The position numbers and the translations under genes were made by a program. Of a stretch of DNA of 42,804 nucleotides, positions 1 to 9,819 are shown piece by piece. The stretch's first letter is position 1; each line of letters opens with the position of its first letter. Source of the DNA: Acidimicrobiia bacterium (lineage in GTDB: Bacteria; Actinomycetota; Acidimicrobiia; Acidimicrobiales; JAHEJN01); contig JAOTZB010000003.1 of the NCBI GenBank assembly GCA_029861625.1, positions 1 to 42,804 of the forward strand, in the 5' to 3' direction. The notes under the pieces were generated by a model that made no database searches, was not told where the DNA came from, and saw only the letters and a list, made by a program, of their open reading frames with translations.

Positions 1-650
1 GCCGCGGCCTCGTCGTATCGACCCTGGTCGTTGAGGAGCACTGCCCGGAAGACCCGGGCATCGGGAAAGCGCGGGTCGGCGACGACTGCGGCGTCGAGGA
101 GCGCTTCGACCTCGGATTCGACCTGGGGTGACGCGTCGGACAAGAAGATGTACCAGCCCTTGTAGGTGAGAGCCTCGACGTTCGATGGCTGCTGTTCGAG
201 GACCTCGTCGTAGCGCTCGATGGCGGCTTCGAGCTCGCCCTGAGCACCCAGGTCGGCCGCTTCGAGCAACGTCGTCCGCACCGACGTTCGGATGTCACCG
301 GTAGCCGACTCGGTCGCACCACGGAAGCCGACGGATCGGGCGAGCAGGAATCCGGCGATAGTCGCGACGGCGAGAGCTCCGACGAGCACGACCGCTGTCC
401 TGGCGCGACTCCGGGGCGGCGCCGCCGAACGGATCGCGGCCTTGCCGGCGTCGATGGCGCGGAGGACCTCGGCGGCGCGCCTCGTGTAGTCGTCTCGCAA
501 TGCGGCGTGGTCGGCCTCGTCGATGTCACCCGCGGCGAGCTCGGCCTCGAGATCGTCGAGCGACCGGAGGAGGAACGATCGTTGCTCCTCCAGCTCTGCC
601 AGCTCGTCGGGACCGAGCCGGCGGACGCGAGCGGTCGGCTCAGCCGCCAC
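1..650 (-). CDS. CcmI/CycH-like membrane-anchored TPR protein (3' end runs off the window)
   Basis: Not in the ORF track because it is open at the window edge. Read manually from GTG at 650: MAAEPTARVRRLGPDELAELEEQRSFLLRSLDDLEAELAAGDIDEADHAALRDDY, then a TM helix, then TPR-like AIERYDEVLEQQPSNVEALTYKGW. Overlaps the end of ccmH. Confidence 0.75.
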   Translation of the reverse strand, partial: MAAEPTARVRRLGPDELAELEEQRSFLLRSLDDLEAELAAGDIDEADHAALRDDYTRRAAEVLRAIDAGKAAIRSAAPPRSRARTAVVLVGALAVATIAGFLLARSVGFRGATESATGDIRTSVRTTLLEAADLGAQGELEAAIERYDEVLEQQPSNVEALTYKGWYIFLSDASPQVESEVEALLDAAVVADPRFPDARVFRAVLLNDQGRYDEAA

Positions 651-1113
651 GGCGTCGGGCCTGGTCGACCAGCACGACATCGGCATCGGTCGCCATCGCA
701 GGGGCAGCGCGGCGCCATCGCGAGAACGCAAACCCCAGGACGACGATGGCAGCTGCCACGCCGACGATCGGGATGATCCACACCAGCCCCTCGAGGCCCG
801 ATCCTGACGGCGTGAGCAGGATCGACGAGCCGTAGCGATCGACGTACACCTGCTGGATCGCCTCGTCGGACTCCCCAGCGTCGACCCGCACCGCGATGTC
901 GGCGCGGATCTCGCGTGCGATCGCCACGTCGGACTCGGCGACCGACTGGCCCGAACACTGTGGGCACCGGATCGAACGGGCGAGATCGAACACCCGGTCG
1001 GCGTTCGTCGTCGATCCGCCCTCGTCGAGCGTGCCGAATGCCAGCGCCGCGACGGCGACGATGGCGATGAGCGTCCACGACACCGTCGTCCGGAGGCGAG
1101 TGTCAGTGCTCAT
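640..1113 (-). CDS. ccmH: Cytochrome c-type biogenesis protein CcmH
   Basis: IRCPQC motif, QSVAESD, YVDRYG..ILLTP and a C-terminal TM helix. Start set at ATG 1113, overlapping the upstream stop (ATGA). Confidence 0.9.
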   Translation of the reverse strand: MSTDTRLRTTVSWTLIAIVAVAALAFGTLDEGGSTTNADRVFDLARSIRCPQCSGQSVAESDVAIAREIRADIAVRVDAGESDEAIQQVYVDRYGSSILLTPSGSGLEGLVWIIPIVGVAAAIVVLGFAFSRWRRAAPAMATDADVVLVDQARRRGG

Positions 1114-1718
1114 TCGCCGAGCTCGCCGGTCGGGCTGTAGCGGGCGATCGTGTCGTCGAGCTGGTCGGCGGTCACCTGGCCGATGTACTGCTCGACGACC
1201 ACGCCCGTGGGTGCGATGACGAATGTCGTCGGCGGTGCGCTGACCCCGAAGTCGATCACCGTTGAGGTGGTGTCGGTCGCGATGGCGGGCCAATCGCCGC
1301 CGAGCTCCTCGAAGAAGGCGCGGACGTCGTCTTCCTCGTCGGTCATCGCCACGCCGACGAGCACGGCGTCCCTGTCAGCGTGCCGTTCGACGAACGCTTC
1401 GAGCTCGGGATGCTCACCACGACAGGGCGGGCACCACGACGCGAAGAAGTTCACGACGACCCATCGACCCCGTTGCGCGTCGCTGTCGAACGTGTCGCCG
1501 TCGATGGTCTGACCCGATACCTGCGGCGCGATCTGTCCGAGCAGCTCTCCCCGACCGGGCTGATTCCGTTCGGTGTCGGCGACAGCGAGCACGATCAAGA
1601 GGCCGGCGAGCACGACCGCGACCGGCGCAACGGCCCAGGCCGCGAGCCGCGGTCGGTCCCGCAGCTCGACCTCGGCGACCTCTTCGTCGAGCGATCCGGG
1701 AGGAGTCGGGTCGGTCAC
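1110..1718 (-). CDS. ccmG: TlpA/CcmG-like thiol:disulfide oxidoreductase
   Basis: N-terminal TM anchor, VVNFFASWCPPC active site, cis-Pro loop APPTTFVI. GTG 1718 overlaps the ccmF stop. Confidence 0.85.
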   Translation of the reverse strand: MTDPTPPGSLDEEVAEVELRDRPRLAAWAVAPVAVVLAGLLIVLAVADTERNQPGRGELLGQIAPQVSGQTIDGDTFDSDAQRGRWVVVNFFASWCPPCRGEHPELEAFVERHADRDAVLVGVAMTDEEDDVRAFFEELGGDWPAIATDTTSTVIDFGVSAPPTTFVIAPTGVVVEQYIGQVTADQLDDTIARYSPTGELGE

Positions 1719-3730
1719 CGGACCGACACCGGTTCTTCGGCTCGGGGGGCGGGCGTCGACGGGCGCAGGGGCCGAGCCTGACCGACCGGCGCCGAGACGG
1801 CCTCGGTCCCACGGCGGCGACGCCCCGGGAAGATGGAGAGCACCGTCCCGATACCCATCACGATGCCGCCCAGCCACAGCCACATGATCATCGGCTGCAC
1901 CGTGGCGCGCACGATGACCGGTCCGTCGTCGGTGGGGAGAGAGATGATGGCGAGCTGCACGTCCTCGACGAGCGTGCTGCGGGTATCCGGGTCACCGATC
2001 ACCCGGCCGCTGACCTTGAATCGGTCGAGACTCGGCACGAGGGTCTGGCCATCGACGGACACGGTGACCTGGCTGCGGAGCTTCTCGACCGAGTCGATCT
2101 CGTCGAACCGCTCGTAGGTGAGCGTGTGCCCGGAGATGGTGGCCGACTCGCCCTGGAACAGCTCGAACTCGGCCTGACTCAGATAGGAGTTGCTGGCGGC
2201 GAGCGCGACTGCGACGAGGACGACGCCGAGGTGAACGATCATGCCGCCGTTGGTGCGGCCGACCAGCCCTCTCCAGCCCTGTCGCCTCGTCGCGAGCACG
2301 ACCGTGCGCAGCGCGGCGCCGGCCGCGAAGCCGCCGAGCCCGAAGGCCAGGAGCGGGGCGAGCCCGCGAGCGCCCGACAACAGCGCCACCACCAGGGAGG
2401 CGACACCGATCCATGCCGGCCATTCGAGCCGGTGCTGTAGCACCTCGCCGGTCGTCTTCCGCCACGGGAGCGCCGGCGCGATGGCCATCAGGAAGAGCAA
2501 CGTCAACCCGATCGGTGTGGCCATGCGGTTGAAGTAGGGCAGGCCGATCGATATCTGCTCGCCGTTCACCGCCTCGAGGATCAGCGGGAACACGGTGCCC
2601 AGCAGGACCACGAAGGCGAACGCACCGAACATCAGGTTGTTGGCGAGGAACGCCCCCTCCCGCGAGATGGGGGAGTCGACACGGCCCGGCGAACGGAGCA
2701 AATCGCCACGCCAGCCGATGAGGCCCACCGTGACGATCACGATGAGCGCGAAGAACCCGAGCAGCGTCGGACCGATACCCGACTCACTGAATGCGTGGAC
2801 GGAGTCGAGCACGCCCGACCGGGTGATGAACGTGCCGAGGATCGTCAGCGAGAAGGTGGCGCACACGAGCGAGAGGTTCCACACCCGGAGCATGCCGCGC
2901 CGCTCCTGCACCATCACCGAGTGCAGGTAGGCGGTACCGGTCAGCCACGGCAGGATCGACGCGTTCTCGACGGGGTCCCAGGCCCAGTAGCCGCCCCATC
3001 CGAGCACGTCGTAGCTCCACCAGGCGCCCAGGACGATGCCGAACGTGAGGAATCCCCACGCGAACAAGGTCCATCGCCGGGTCTCGATGAGCCACCCCTC
3101 GCCGAGGCGGCCCGTCGCCAGTGCCGCAATCGCGAACGCGAACGGCACCGTGAACCCGACATAGCCGAGATAGAGCAGCGGGGGGTGAAAGGCCACGAGC
3201 ACGTTGTTCTGGAGCAACGGGTTGGGGCCGGGGCCGTCGTAGCCGGGCGGCGGATCGAAGGATGCGAAGGGGTTGGCCGGCCCCTCGAATCCCAGGATCG
3301 GACGCAGCATCAGCCCGAAGAAGAAGATGGCGACGACGAACATCGTGAGCAGTGCCCAGGCGACCATGGGATCGGTGAGCCGGCGGCGGAACTTGGTCGC
3401 GACCACGACGAGGTATCCGGCGAGGACGAGGGTCCACAACAGGATCGAGCCCTCGAGCGACGACCACAGCGCGGTGAAGTTGAACAGGGGCGGGGTGCGG
3501 CTGCTGCCGACCTCGGCCACGTACGCGACGCTGAAGTCGCGGGTGATGAGCGCTCGTTCCATCGCGATGAACGCGAGCGCAGCACCCCCCAGTGCGATCC
3601 ATGCGTAGACCCGACCGAGCGGCAGCAGCTCGCGGCGACCCCGGAGCAGTCCGCCCGCCAGGGTGACGGCACCGAGCACCGAGGCCGCGAACGCCAGGGT
3701 GATGGCGCCGGAGCCGAGTGCGAGGTTCAT
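1715..3730 (-). CDS. ccmF: Heme lyase CcmF
   Basis: WWD motif LGWGGYWAWDPVENAS, HPPLLYLGY, SVHAF; polytopic, 671 aa. Confidence 0.97.
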   Translation of the reverse strand: MNLALGSGAITLAFAASVLGAVTLAGGLLRGRRELLPLGRVYAWIALGGAALAFIAMERALITRDFSVAYVAEVGSSRTPPLFNFTALWSSLEGSILLWTLVLAGYLVVVATKFRRRLTDPMVAWALLTMFVVAIFFFGLMLRPILGFEGPANPFASFDPPPGYDGPGPNPLLQNNVLVAFHPPLLYLGYVGFTVPFAFAIAALATGRLGEGWLIETRRWTLFAWGFLTFGIVLGAWWSYDVLGWGGYWAWDPVENASILPWLTGTAYLHSVMVQERRGMLRVWNLSLVCATFSLTILGTFITRSGVLDSVHAFSESGIGPTLLGFFALIVIVTVGLIGWRGDLLRSPGRVDSPISREGAFLANNLMFGAFAFVVLLGTVFPLILEAVNGEQISIGLPYFNRMATPIGLTLLFLMAIAPALPWRKTTGEVLQHRLEWPAWIGVASLVVALLSGARGLAPLLAFGLGGFAAGAALRTVVLATRRQGWRGLVGRTNGGMIVHLGVVLVAVALAASNSYLSQAEFELFQGESATISGHTLTYERFDEIDSVEKLRSQVTVSVDGQTLVPSLDRFKVSGRVIGDPDTRSTLVEDVQLAIISLPTDDGPVIVRATVQPMIMWLWLGGIVMGIGTVLSIFPGRRRRGTEAVSAPVGQARPLRPSTPAPRAEEPVSVR

Positions 3731-3755
3731 CGCCGGTGGCCGCGTCGGGGCCGCA

Positions 3756-4343
3756 TCAGCTCGACTCGCTACCCAGGCGCGCGTCGTCGAGGCGGTCCTC
3801 GTTCTGTTCCTCGTACTCGTTGTCGTGCTTCACGAGGATGCGGTCGCTCGAGAAGTAGTAGCCGTCGACGCTGGTGCCGTCGGTGTTGGCGAACGAGACG
3901 CCGACCGGGCTCGACGCATCGACGAAGTTCCCCTCGAGCACGACCGGGATGCCGGCCGCGAAGAGTTGCGGCGGCGAGCCCTCGTGCGCGACGTCGACCT
4001 GGATGTCGTTGAACTCGACGGCGAACAGGACCAGGTCGCCGTCTTGTTCGACGGAGCCGTCGACGACGAGTCCCTGGAGACGGAAACGACTCTCGCCGAG
4101 ATCGTCGCGGTCGGCGACGGCCTCGTCGGCGTTGCGGAAGAACAAGGCTGCGTCGGTGAGGCCCTTGAACAACACGAACCCGACCGCGGCGAAGGCGAGG
4201 ACCGCCAAGGCGGTGGTCAACCAGCGTCGGACCCCGCCGCGTGCTGCACCCGTGCGCTCCGACGGGACGATCGTGTCGCCGCCGGCATCGTCGGTTCGGA
4301 TCTGCTCGACCGAGGCGGCCGGCGGATCACTCAGCCCATCCAT
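3756..4343 (-). CDS. ccmE: Heme chaperone CcmE
   Basis: TM anchor, FRLQGLVVDGSV OB-fold segment, heme-binding ILVKHDNEY (HxxxY). Confidence 0.92.
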   Translation of the reverse strand: MDGLSDPPAASVEQIRTDDAGGDTIVPSERTGAARGGVRRWLTTALAVLAFAAVGFVLFKGLTDAALFFRNADEAVADRDDLGESRFRLQGLVVDGSVEQDGDLVLFAVEFNDIQVDVAHEGSPPQLFAAGIPVVLEGNFVDASSPVGVSFANTDGTSVDGYYFSSDRILVKHDNEYEEQNEDRLDDARLGSESS

Positions 4344-4468
4344 CGGCGCCGCTCCGGTGGAACCCGACGGGACAGGCTGCGCCCACGGGTCACGAGGCGC
4401 ACCGCGTAGGCGCCGAGAACACCCGCCGCGGCCGACCAGCCCACGATGATGTAGCCCCAGTTGCTCAC
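4331..4468 (-). CDS. ccmD: CcmD-like small membrane protein (45 aa)
   Basis: GTG 4468 overlaps the ccmC stop. MSNWGYIIVGWSAAAGVLGAYAVRLVTRGRSLSRRVPPERRRWMG is one TM helix plus a basic tail, in the canonical position between ccmC and ccmE. Confidence 0.7.
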   Translation of the reverse strand: MSNWGYIIVGWSAAAGVLGAYAVRLVTRGRSLSRRVPPERRRWMG

Positions 4469-5268
4469 GTTGTCGCTCCGGTCCCGACGGCCTCGGCCCT
4501 GCGAGCTTCGATGGCGTCGGCGAGGGAGTGGTCGAGGAGTTGCTCCTCGAGCCAGGCGACTCGGAACCGGTGCAACATGAACCACACGTAGACGAGCGTG
4601 AACACCACCAGGCCGACCATCAGGGTGAACAGCATGAGATCGTCGATCTTGGGATCGAAGTCGGAGCTGAGCACCGTTGCCTCCTGGTGCAACGTGCGCC
4701 ACCACTTCACGGAGAAGTGCACGAGCGGGATGTCGACGACCGCGATGAGCGCGACGATGGCCGACCGTCGCGACCGGACATGGGTGTCGGCGGGGATACG
4801 ACGGACGGCGAGGTAGCCGAGGAACATCAAGAACAGGACGAGGGTGGTCACCAGGCGGGCATCACCCCACTCCCAGTAGCTGCCCCAGGTGGGACGGCCC
4901 CAGATCATGCCGGTGACCAGTGCGAGGCCGGTGAACAACACGCCGATCTCGGCGGACGACGCCGCCACGAGGTCCCACCACTCGGAGCGCTTCCAGAGAT
5001 ACATGATGCTGCCCATGGCGGTCACACCGAAGGAGAGGTACGCCAGCCAGGCCGACGGCACGTGGACGTACATGAGACGCACCAGGTCGCCCTGGGTCTG
5101 GTCGTCGGGGCTGAGGCCGAGACCGAGCGCGACCAGCCAGCCGATCCCGATGAGCGACAGGATTCCGAACACCCGTGTGCCCTTCGACGCCGTATTGCGG
5201 GGGTCGTCGCCGGAACGCGTCGGGGCGCCCATGCCTGCCCCCGGCGGGTTGGTGGTCGTGTCGGTCAC
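4465..5268 (-). CDS. ccmC: Heme exporter/heme delivery protein CcmC
   Basis: MYVHVPSAW, WGRPTWGSYWEWGDARL (WWD domain), SVKWWRTLHQ. GTG 5268 has a GGAGGAG SD. Confidence 0.95.
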   Translation of the reverse strand: MTDTTTNPPGAGMGAPTRSGDDPRNTASKGTRVFGILSLIGIGWLVALGLGLSPDDQTQGDLVRLMYVHVPSAWLAYLSFGVTAMGSIMYLWKRSEWWDLVAASSAEIGVLFTGLALVTGMIWGRPTWGSYWEWGDARLVTTLVLFLMFLGYLAVRRIPADTHVRSRRSAIVALIAVVDIPLVHFSVKWWRTLHQEATVLSSDFDPKIDDLMLFTLMVGLVVFTLVYVWFMLHRFRVAWLEEQLLDHSLADAIEARRAEAVGTGATT

Positions 5269-5948
5269 GACTCCTCCAGGAGTGGACCGAACGCGAACAG
5301 TCCGAGTGCCACATATATGAGGGCGAAGATCGCGAGGAAATTGAACCACGACCACCCGTCGACTGCGACATCACCCAGGGCGGCACCCATGGCGCGGGTC
5401 GCGCCGATGAGCACCGGGGCGAGGACCGGCAACAACAGCATGGGGAGCAGGGATTCCTTGACCCGGAGCCCGGCGGTGAGCACGCCGTACAGCGTGCCAG
5501 CTGCCGAGATGCCAGCGGCCGCGACCACTGCCGATGCGATCAAGAGCCCCCAGCCCGTCAACGTCGTGCCGAAGAAGACGGCGACACCGACGCCCAGGAG
5601 AACCTCGAGCACGATGAGCTGGACGAAGATCGCGCCGGCCTTGCCGACGAAGACCGACGCCGGCCGCATGCCGGCCAGCCGGAGTGCATCGCGGACACCG
5701 TCGTCGGACTCGACTGCGAACGCGCGCTGCACGATGAGCACCGCTGCGAAGAGGACCGCGACCCAGTACAGACCGCTGGTGAGTCGTTGCAGGGTGGTCT
5801 GGTCGCCGTCGAGCGCGAAGCCGAAGATGACCAACAACAGCACCGCGAAGGGAACGACCTGGCTCACGGCGACTCGCGAGCGCAGCTCGAGGCGGAGGTC
5901 CTTGGCGGCGACGAGGGCCGCATCGTTGACGAACGTTCCGTCAGCCAC
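5265..5948 (-). CDS. ccmB: Heme exporter permease CcmB
   Basis: KDLRLELRSR, AFAVESDDG, LLPMLLLPVLAPVLIGA; six TM helices. GTG 5948 overlaps the end of ccmA. Confidence 0.92.
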   Translation of the reverse strand: MADGTFVNDAALVAAKDLRLELRSRVAVSQVVPFAVLLLVIFGFALDGDQTTLQRLTSGLYWVAVLFAAVLIVQRAFAVESDDGVRDALRLAGMRPASVFVGKAGAIFVQLIVLEVLLGVGVAVFFGTTLTGWGLLIASAVVAAAGISAAGTLYGVLTAGLRVKESLLPMLLLPVLAPVLIGATRAMGAALGDVAVDGWSWFNFLAIFALIYVALGLFAFGPLLEES

Positions 5949-6621
5949 CGAAGACCCCCGTGCCGCCCGGTTCGCGCACGCTGTGCACATGCCCGCCCGC
6001 GAGTGAGACCGATCGGTGCGCGAGCTGTTCGGCTCGACCATGGTCGTGTGACGCCACCAACACCGCTGCCCCACCGGCGGCGGCCTGCCGCAGGACCTCG
6101 TCGAGCACGTCGCGCCCGTTCTCGTCGAGGGCAGCGTGGGGCTCGTCGAGCAGCCAGACCTTCGGGCGCTGCGCCAGGAGGACCGCGAGACCGACCCGGC
6201 GCCGCTGCCCTGCCGACAGCCGGGCCACGATGATGTCGGCGAGCCGGGTGTCGAGATCGAGGCGGACCATGGCGGCGTCGGCGTCGGCGCCGGACGCACC
6301 CGTGGCCCGGGCCCAGAAGCGCACGTTGTCACGCACGGTGAGATCGGCGTACAACCCGGTGTCGTGGCCGAGGTAGCCGACCGAGCGGCGGATGACGCGG
6401 CGATCGGCTCGCAGGTCGTGGCCCAGCACACGAGCGTTGCCGGAGTCGACGGGCACGAGGCCGGCACACACCCGCAGCAATGTCGACTTGCCCGCGCCGT
6501 TGGGACCCCGGACCAGGACGATCTCGCCTGCGTCGACATCGAGGTCGAGCCGGGCGAGCGCGGGAAATCGCCCGAGCAGCGCCACGACGCCGCGGAGCGA
6601 GATCACGGTCTCCGATACCAC
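5941..6621 (-). CDS. ccmA: Heme ABC exporter ATP-binding protein CcmA
   Basis: Walker A GPNGAGKST, signature LSAGQRRR, Walker B WLLDEP; first gene of the ccm operon. Confidence 0.93.
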   Translation of the reverse strand: MVSETVISLRGVVALLGRFPALARLDLDVDAGEIVLVRGPNGAGKSTLLRVCAGLVPVDSGNARVLGHDLRADRRVIRRSVGYLGHDTGLYADLTVRDNVRFWARATGASGADADAAMVRLDLDTRLADIIVARLSAGQRRRVGLAVLLAQRPKVWLLDEPHAALDENGRDVLDEVLRQAAAGGAAVLVASHDHGRAEQLAHRSVSLAGGHVHSVREPGGTGVFGG

Positions 6622-6627
6622 GAATCG

Positions 6628-6633
6628 AGGCTA
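6628..6633 (-). promoter_or_regulatory. Putative -10 element (TAGCCT) of a leaderless ccmA transcript
   Basis: TANNNT hexamer 6 nt before the GTG; no SD. Confidence 0.55.
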
Positions 6634-6697
6634 CTGGCCCCAGGGTCGACCGGCCCATGGCGGCGACCGGTGACCGGGATAGCCCGGGAGCCACCGG

Positions 6698-6703
6698 TAA
6701 CCT
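6698..6703 (+). promoter_or_regulatory. Putative -10 element (TAACCT) of a leaderless sortase transcript
   Basis: TANNNT hexamer 7 nt before ATG 6711; no SD. Confidence 0.55.
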
Positions 6704-6710
6704 CGACGGC

Positions 6711-7841
6711 ATGCGAGTGGCACGCCTCCTCGGCGCCATCGGGCGGTTCCTCATCGGTACGGGTGTGGTGATGTTGTTGTTCGTCGCGTACCAGCTGTGG
6801 GGCACCGGCCTCCAACACGCGGCCGCCCAGGACGACCTCGAGGACGACTTCGCCGAGCTCCTGGAGGTCGTCGAACCCGAGGTCGCGCCCGACCAACAGA
6901 CGTCGGTCGCCGCGGTCGAGGGCGGGACCGTACCTGCTGTCGACGCCGAGCTGGTCGACGACTCCGAGACCGACGAGGCGCCGCGATCGGTGTCGAGCGT
7001 CGATGCGCTCGCCGACTTCGACCCGGTGTTCCTCGAGCTGTTGTACCCGTCGAATGGCGAGGTCCTCGGCCGCCTCGACATCCCGCGAATCGGCCTCGAA
7101 GAGTTCTTCGTCGAAGGTGTCGGGGTCGCCGACCTCCGCCGAGGACCGGGCCACTACCGGACGTCTCCCTTGCCGGGGCAGGCCGGAAACGCGGCGATTG
7201 CAGGGCACAGGACGACCTACGGCGCGCCGTTCCACCGGATCGACGAGCTCGAACCGGGCGACGAGATCAACATCACCACCCTCCAGGGTGACTTCACGTA
7301 CCGCGTGATGCCGCAGACGTCGGCCGACGGCGAGACCAAGGGTCATTTCATCGTCAGCCCGAGTGACACGCAGGTACTCGACGACTTCGGTGACGATCGC
7401 CTCACCCTCACGGCCTGTCACCCGAAGTACAGCGCCCGCCAGCGCATCATCGTGGTCGCCGAGCTGGTCGAGGAGCCCGAGCCGACCCCGCCACGGCCCG
7501 AGGTGGTTGCGGCCGCCCAGGCCGAGCTGCTCGCCTCGGAGTACGACGAAGGTGACGACGACGAGCCTCCCGTCGCTGCCGTTGCCGCCGGAGAGAGCGC
7601 CATCGACCAGACACCGTTCTCGTCCGGTGAGGATTCCTTCGGCGAGGGCCTGAACGGCGACCGCGACGCGATCCCGCCGGCGGTCGCGTGGATGACGGCC
7701 GCCGTCGCCCTGTGGATGACAGCCGGCTTCCTCGGCCGACGCTGGCGGCTGCTCCCGACGTACGTACTGGCGCTGGCGCCCGTGGCCGCGCTCTTGTTCA
7801 TGGCCTTCATCCACATCGATCAGGCCATTCCCTCGTACTGA
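6711..7841 (+). CDS. Class E sortase with C-terminal membrane extension
   Basis: N-terminal anchor (FVAYQLWGTG), GPGHY, AIAGHRTTYGAPF, catalytic TLTACHP followed by R; two extra C-terminal hydrophobic helices. Confidence 0.92.
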   Translation: MRVARLLGAIGRFLIGTGVVMLLFVAYQLWGTGLQHAAAQDDLEDDFAELLEVVEPEVAPDQQTSVAAVEGGTVPAVDAELVDDSETDEAPRSVSSVDALADFDPVFLELLYPSNGEVLGRLDIPRIGLEEFFVEGVGVADLRRGPGHYRTSPLPGQAGNAAIAGHRTTYGAPFHRIDELEPGDEINITTLQGDFTYRVMPQTSADGETKGHFIVSPSDTQVLDDFGDDRLTLTACHPKYSARQRIIVVAELVEEPEPTPPRPEVVAAAQAELLASEYDEGDDDEPPVAAVAAGESAIDQTPFSSGEDSFGEGLNGDRDAIPPAVAWMTAAVALWMTAGFLGRRWRLLPTYVLALAPVAALLFMAFIHIDQAIPSY

Positions 7842-8452
7842 TGTCCCGGGCACCGATGCGACGCTCGACCGTCGGACGGGCGGCGCTGCTGGTCGCGGCC
7901 GCGACCCTCGCGGCCTCGGCGTGTGCGAGCACGACCGGTGATTCCGGCGCTGACGGCGACGGGCTGGAGCCGGCGATCATCGCGGCCACCCCGACGCCCG
8001 CCTCCGGAGTCGGCGACGGTTCCGACGAACTGGTCGAGCTCCCCGAGGTGGAGGAAGGCGTGCTCGTCAACCGCTTCGATCTCGACCCGGGCGATTGCTT
8101 CAACACGTACGCCGTTGTCGACTTCGGCGAGGACGCCCAGCCGACAACACGCGTCGTCGAGTGCACGAGGCCCCACGAGAGCGAGGTCTACCTGCAACGC
8201 AGCTTCCCGGCCGGACCGGGCGAGGCGTACCCGGGCGAGGAGGATATCCGGGCGTGGGCCGACGAGCAGTGCTACGGAGATTTCGAGGAATTCGCGGCGG
8301 CCGAATACGAGCTCTCCGCCCTCGAGATCGGTGTGATCCACCCGACCGACACCACCTGGTCCGGGCCGGGCCTTCACCGGGAGATCACCTGCTATGTGTT
8401 CAGCGCGACCGGTGGCGGCCTCCAGGGCTCGATGGACGGAAGCGGGATCTGA
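7841..8452 (+). CDS. Septum-formation-family (Septum_form-like) lipoprotein
   Basis: ATG overlaps the sortase stop (TGATG). Lipobox LAASAC and the Cys pattern GDCFN..VVECTRPHESEV..QC..WSGPGLHREITCY. Confidence 0.75.
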   Translation: MSRAPMRRSTVGRAALLVAAATLAASACASTTGDSGADGDGLEPAIIAATPTPASGVGDGSDELVELPEVEEGVLVNRFDLDPGDCFNTYAVVDFGEDAQPTTRVVECTRPHESEVYLQRSFPAGPGEAYPGEEDIRAWADEQCYGDFEEFAAAEYELSALEIGVIHPTDTTWSGPGLHREITCYVFSATGGGLQGSMDGSGI

Positions 8453-8542
8453 GCGCACTGCTCCACCAGGGCAACGCGAACCTGCACATCCCCGAGCACG
8501 GATCGGAAGCCGCGCCGGGTCGGCTCGTGGCTCAGGAGCTGC

Positions 8543-9751
8543 TCACGACGTGATGATCCGGAGCGGCAGCGCGCGGGGCCCGCGGATCTGGCCCGCAGAC
8601 CAACGGACAGCGGCGGGGTCGGCCAGCTCGAAGTCCGGAATCCGTCTCATCCACTCGTCGATGGCAACGGTGAGCTCCATGCGAGCGAGATTGGATCCGA
8701 GACACCGATGGATACCCAGCCCGAAGGCTGCGTGGCGGTTCTGGGCCCGGTCGAGCCTCACCTCGTCCGCGTCGTCGAACTCCTCGGGATCGCGGTTGCC
8801 GGCGGGGAACGGCAGGAGCACCCAGTCGCCCGCCTCGAGCCGACGGCCGCCGAGCTCGGTGTCGGTGGCGACGAGCCGGGCCATCGTCACGGGCGCGTAG
8901 GCACGGAGCAGTTCCTCCACCGCGAACGGCAAGAGCTCGGGCTCCTCGACGAGCCGGCGTCGATCCTCGGGATGCTGGGCCAGGTGCCAGAGGCTCGCCC
9001 CGATCGCCGACCAGGTCGTGTCGATCCCGGCGATCAACAACAACGCGACCGTGCCCCGTACGTGCTCATCGGACAATGGCGCACCGTCGGCCTCGGCATC
9101 GACGAGGAACCCGATGAGGTCGTCTCGGGGATTCGCCCGATGGTCGGCGATCATCGCGTCGAGGTAGTGGTCGAGCGTCTGGTCGACCGGGACGTCGTCG
9201 TCGCGTCCCGGTGTCTCGAGGATGTTGTGGATGAAGACCCGGAACTTGTCGCCGTCGTCGGGCGGCACACCGAGCATGTGGGCGATCAGCCGGACAGGGA
9301 TGTGCTGGGCATAGCCGACAGCACCGTCGACCGTGGCCGCGCCGTCGCGGACGAGCTCGTCGAGCAGCTCTCGACAGAACTCGCGGGCCGACGGCTCGAG
9401 CGCGGCGATCGGCTTCGGGCCGAACGCCGGGAGCAGGAGGCGTCGGGCCTCGGCATGGAACGGCGGATCCGAGGTGATGGGTGGCGCGAACCCGACCGGC
9501 GGCGGGATGTCGGGTCTGAAGTCGCTCACCACGACGCCCACCGAGCTGAAATGTTCGGTGTCACGAGCGATGTCGGCGATGTCGGCGTGCCGGGTCGGCA
9601 ACCAGGTGCCCCCGAACCGGTCCGAGTGCGCGACCGGACACCGCTCGCGGAGATCGTCCCAGATCTCGTGGGCCCGGGCGGCCCAGTCGGGATGGGTGTG
9701 GTCGAAGTCCGTGGCCCAGTCGGTGACCGGTGGCGTCTCGTGTGCGGTCAT
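8543..9751 (-). CDS. Cytochrome P450
   Basis: I-helix AGIDTT, ExxR (EELLR), heme motif FGLGIHRCLG. TAGGGT -10 lies 6 nt before the ATG. Confidence 0.97.
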   Translation of the reverse strand: MTAHETPPVTDWATDFDHTHPDWAARAHEIWDDLRERCPVAHSDRFGGTWLPTRHADIADIARDTEHFSSVGVVVSDFRPDIPPPVGFAPPITSDPPFHAEARRLLLPAFGPKPIAALEPSAREFCRELLDELVRDGAATVDGAVGYAQHIPVRLIAHMLGVPPDDGDKFRVFIHNILETPGRDDDVPVDQTLDHYLDAMIADHRANPRDDLIGFLVDAEADGAPLSDEHVRGTVALLLIAGIDTTWSAIGASLWHLAQHPEDRRRLVEEPELLPFAVEELLRAYAPVTMARLVATDTELGGRRLEAGDWVLLPFPAGNRDPEEFDDADEVRLDRAQNRHAAFGLGIHRCLGSNLARMELTVAIDEWMRRIPDFELADPAAVRWSAGQIRGPRALPLRIITS

Positions 9752-9819
9752 CGGCCGACCCTACAACGCCGGTCCGAGAGCATCACCGGCGCCGGTCGAC
9801 TGCGGCGACGAGGACGTGC

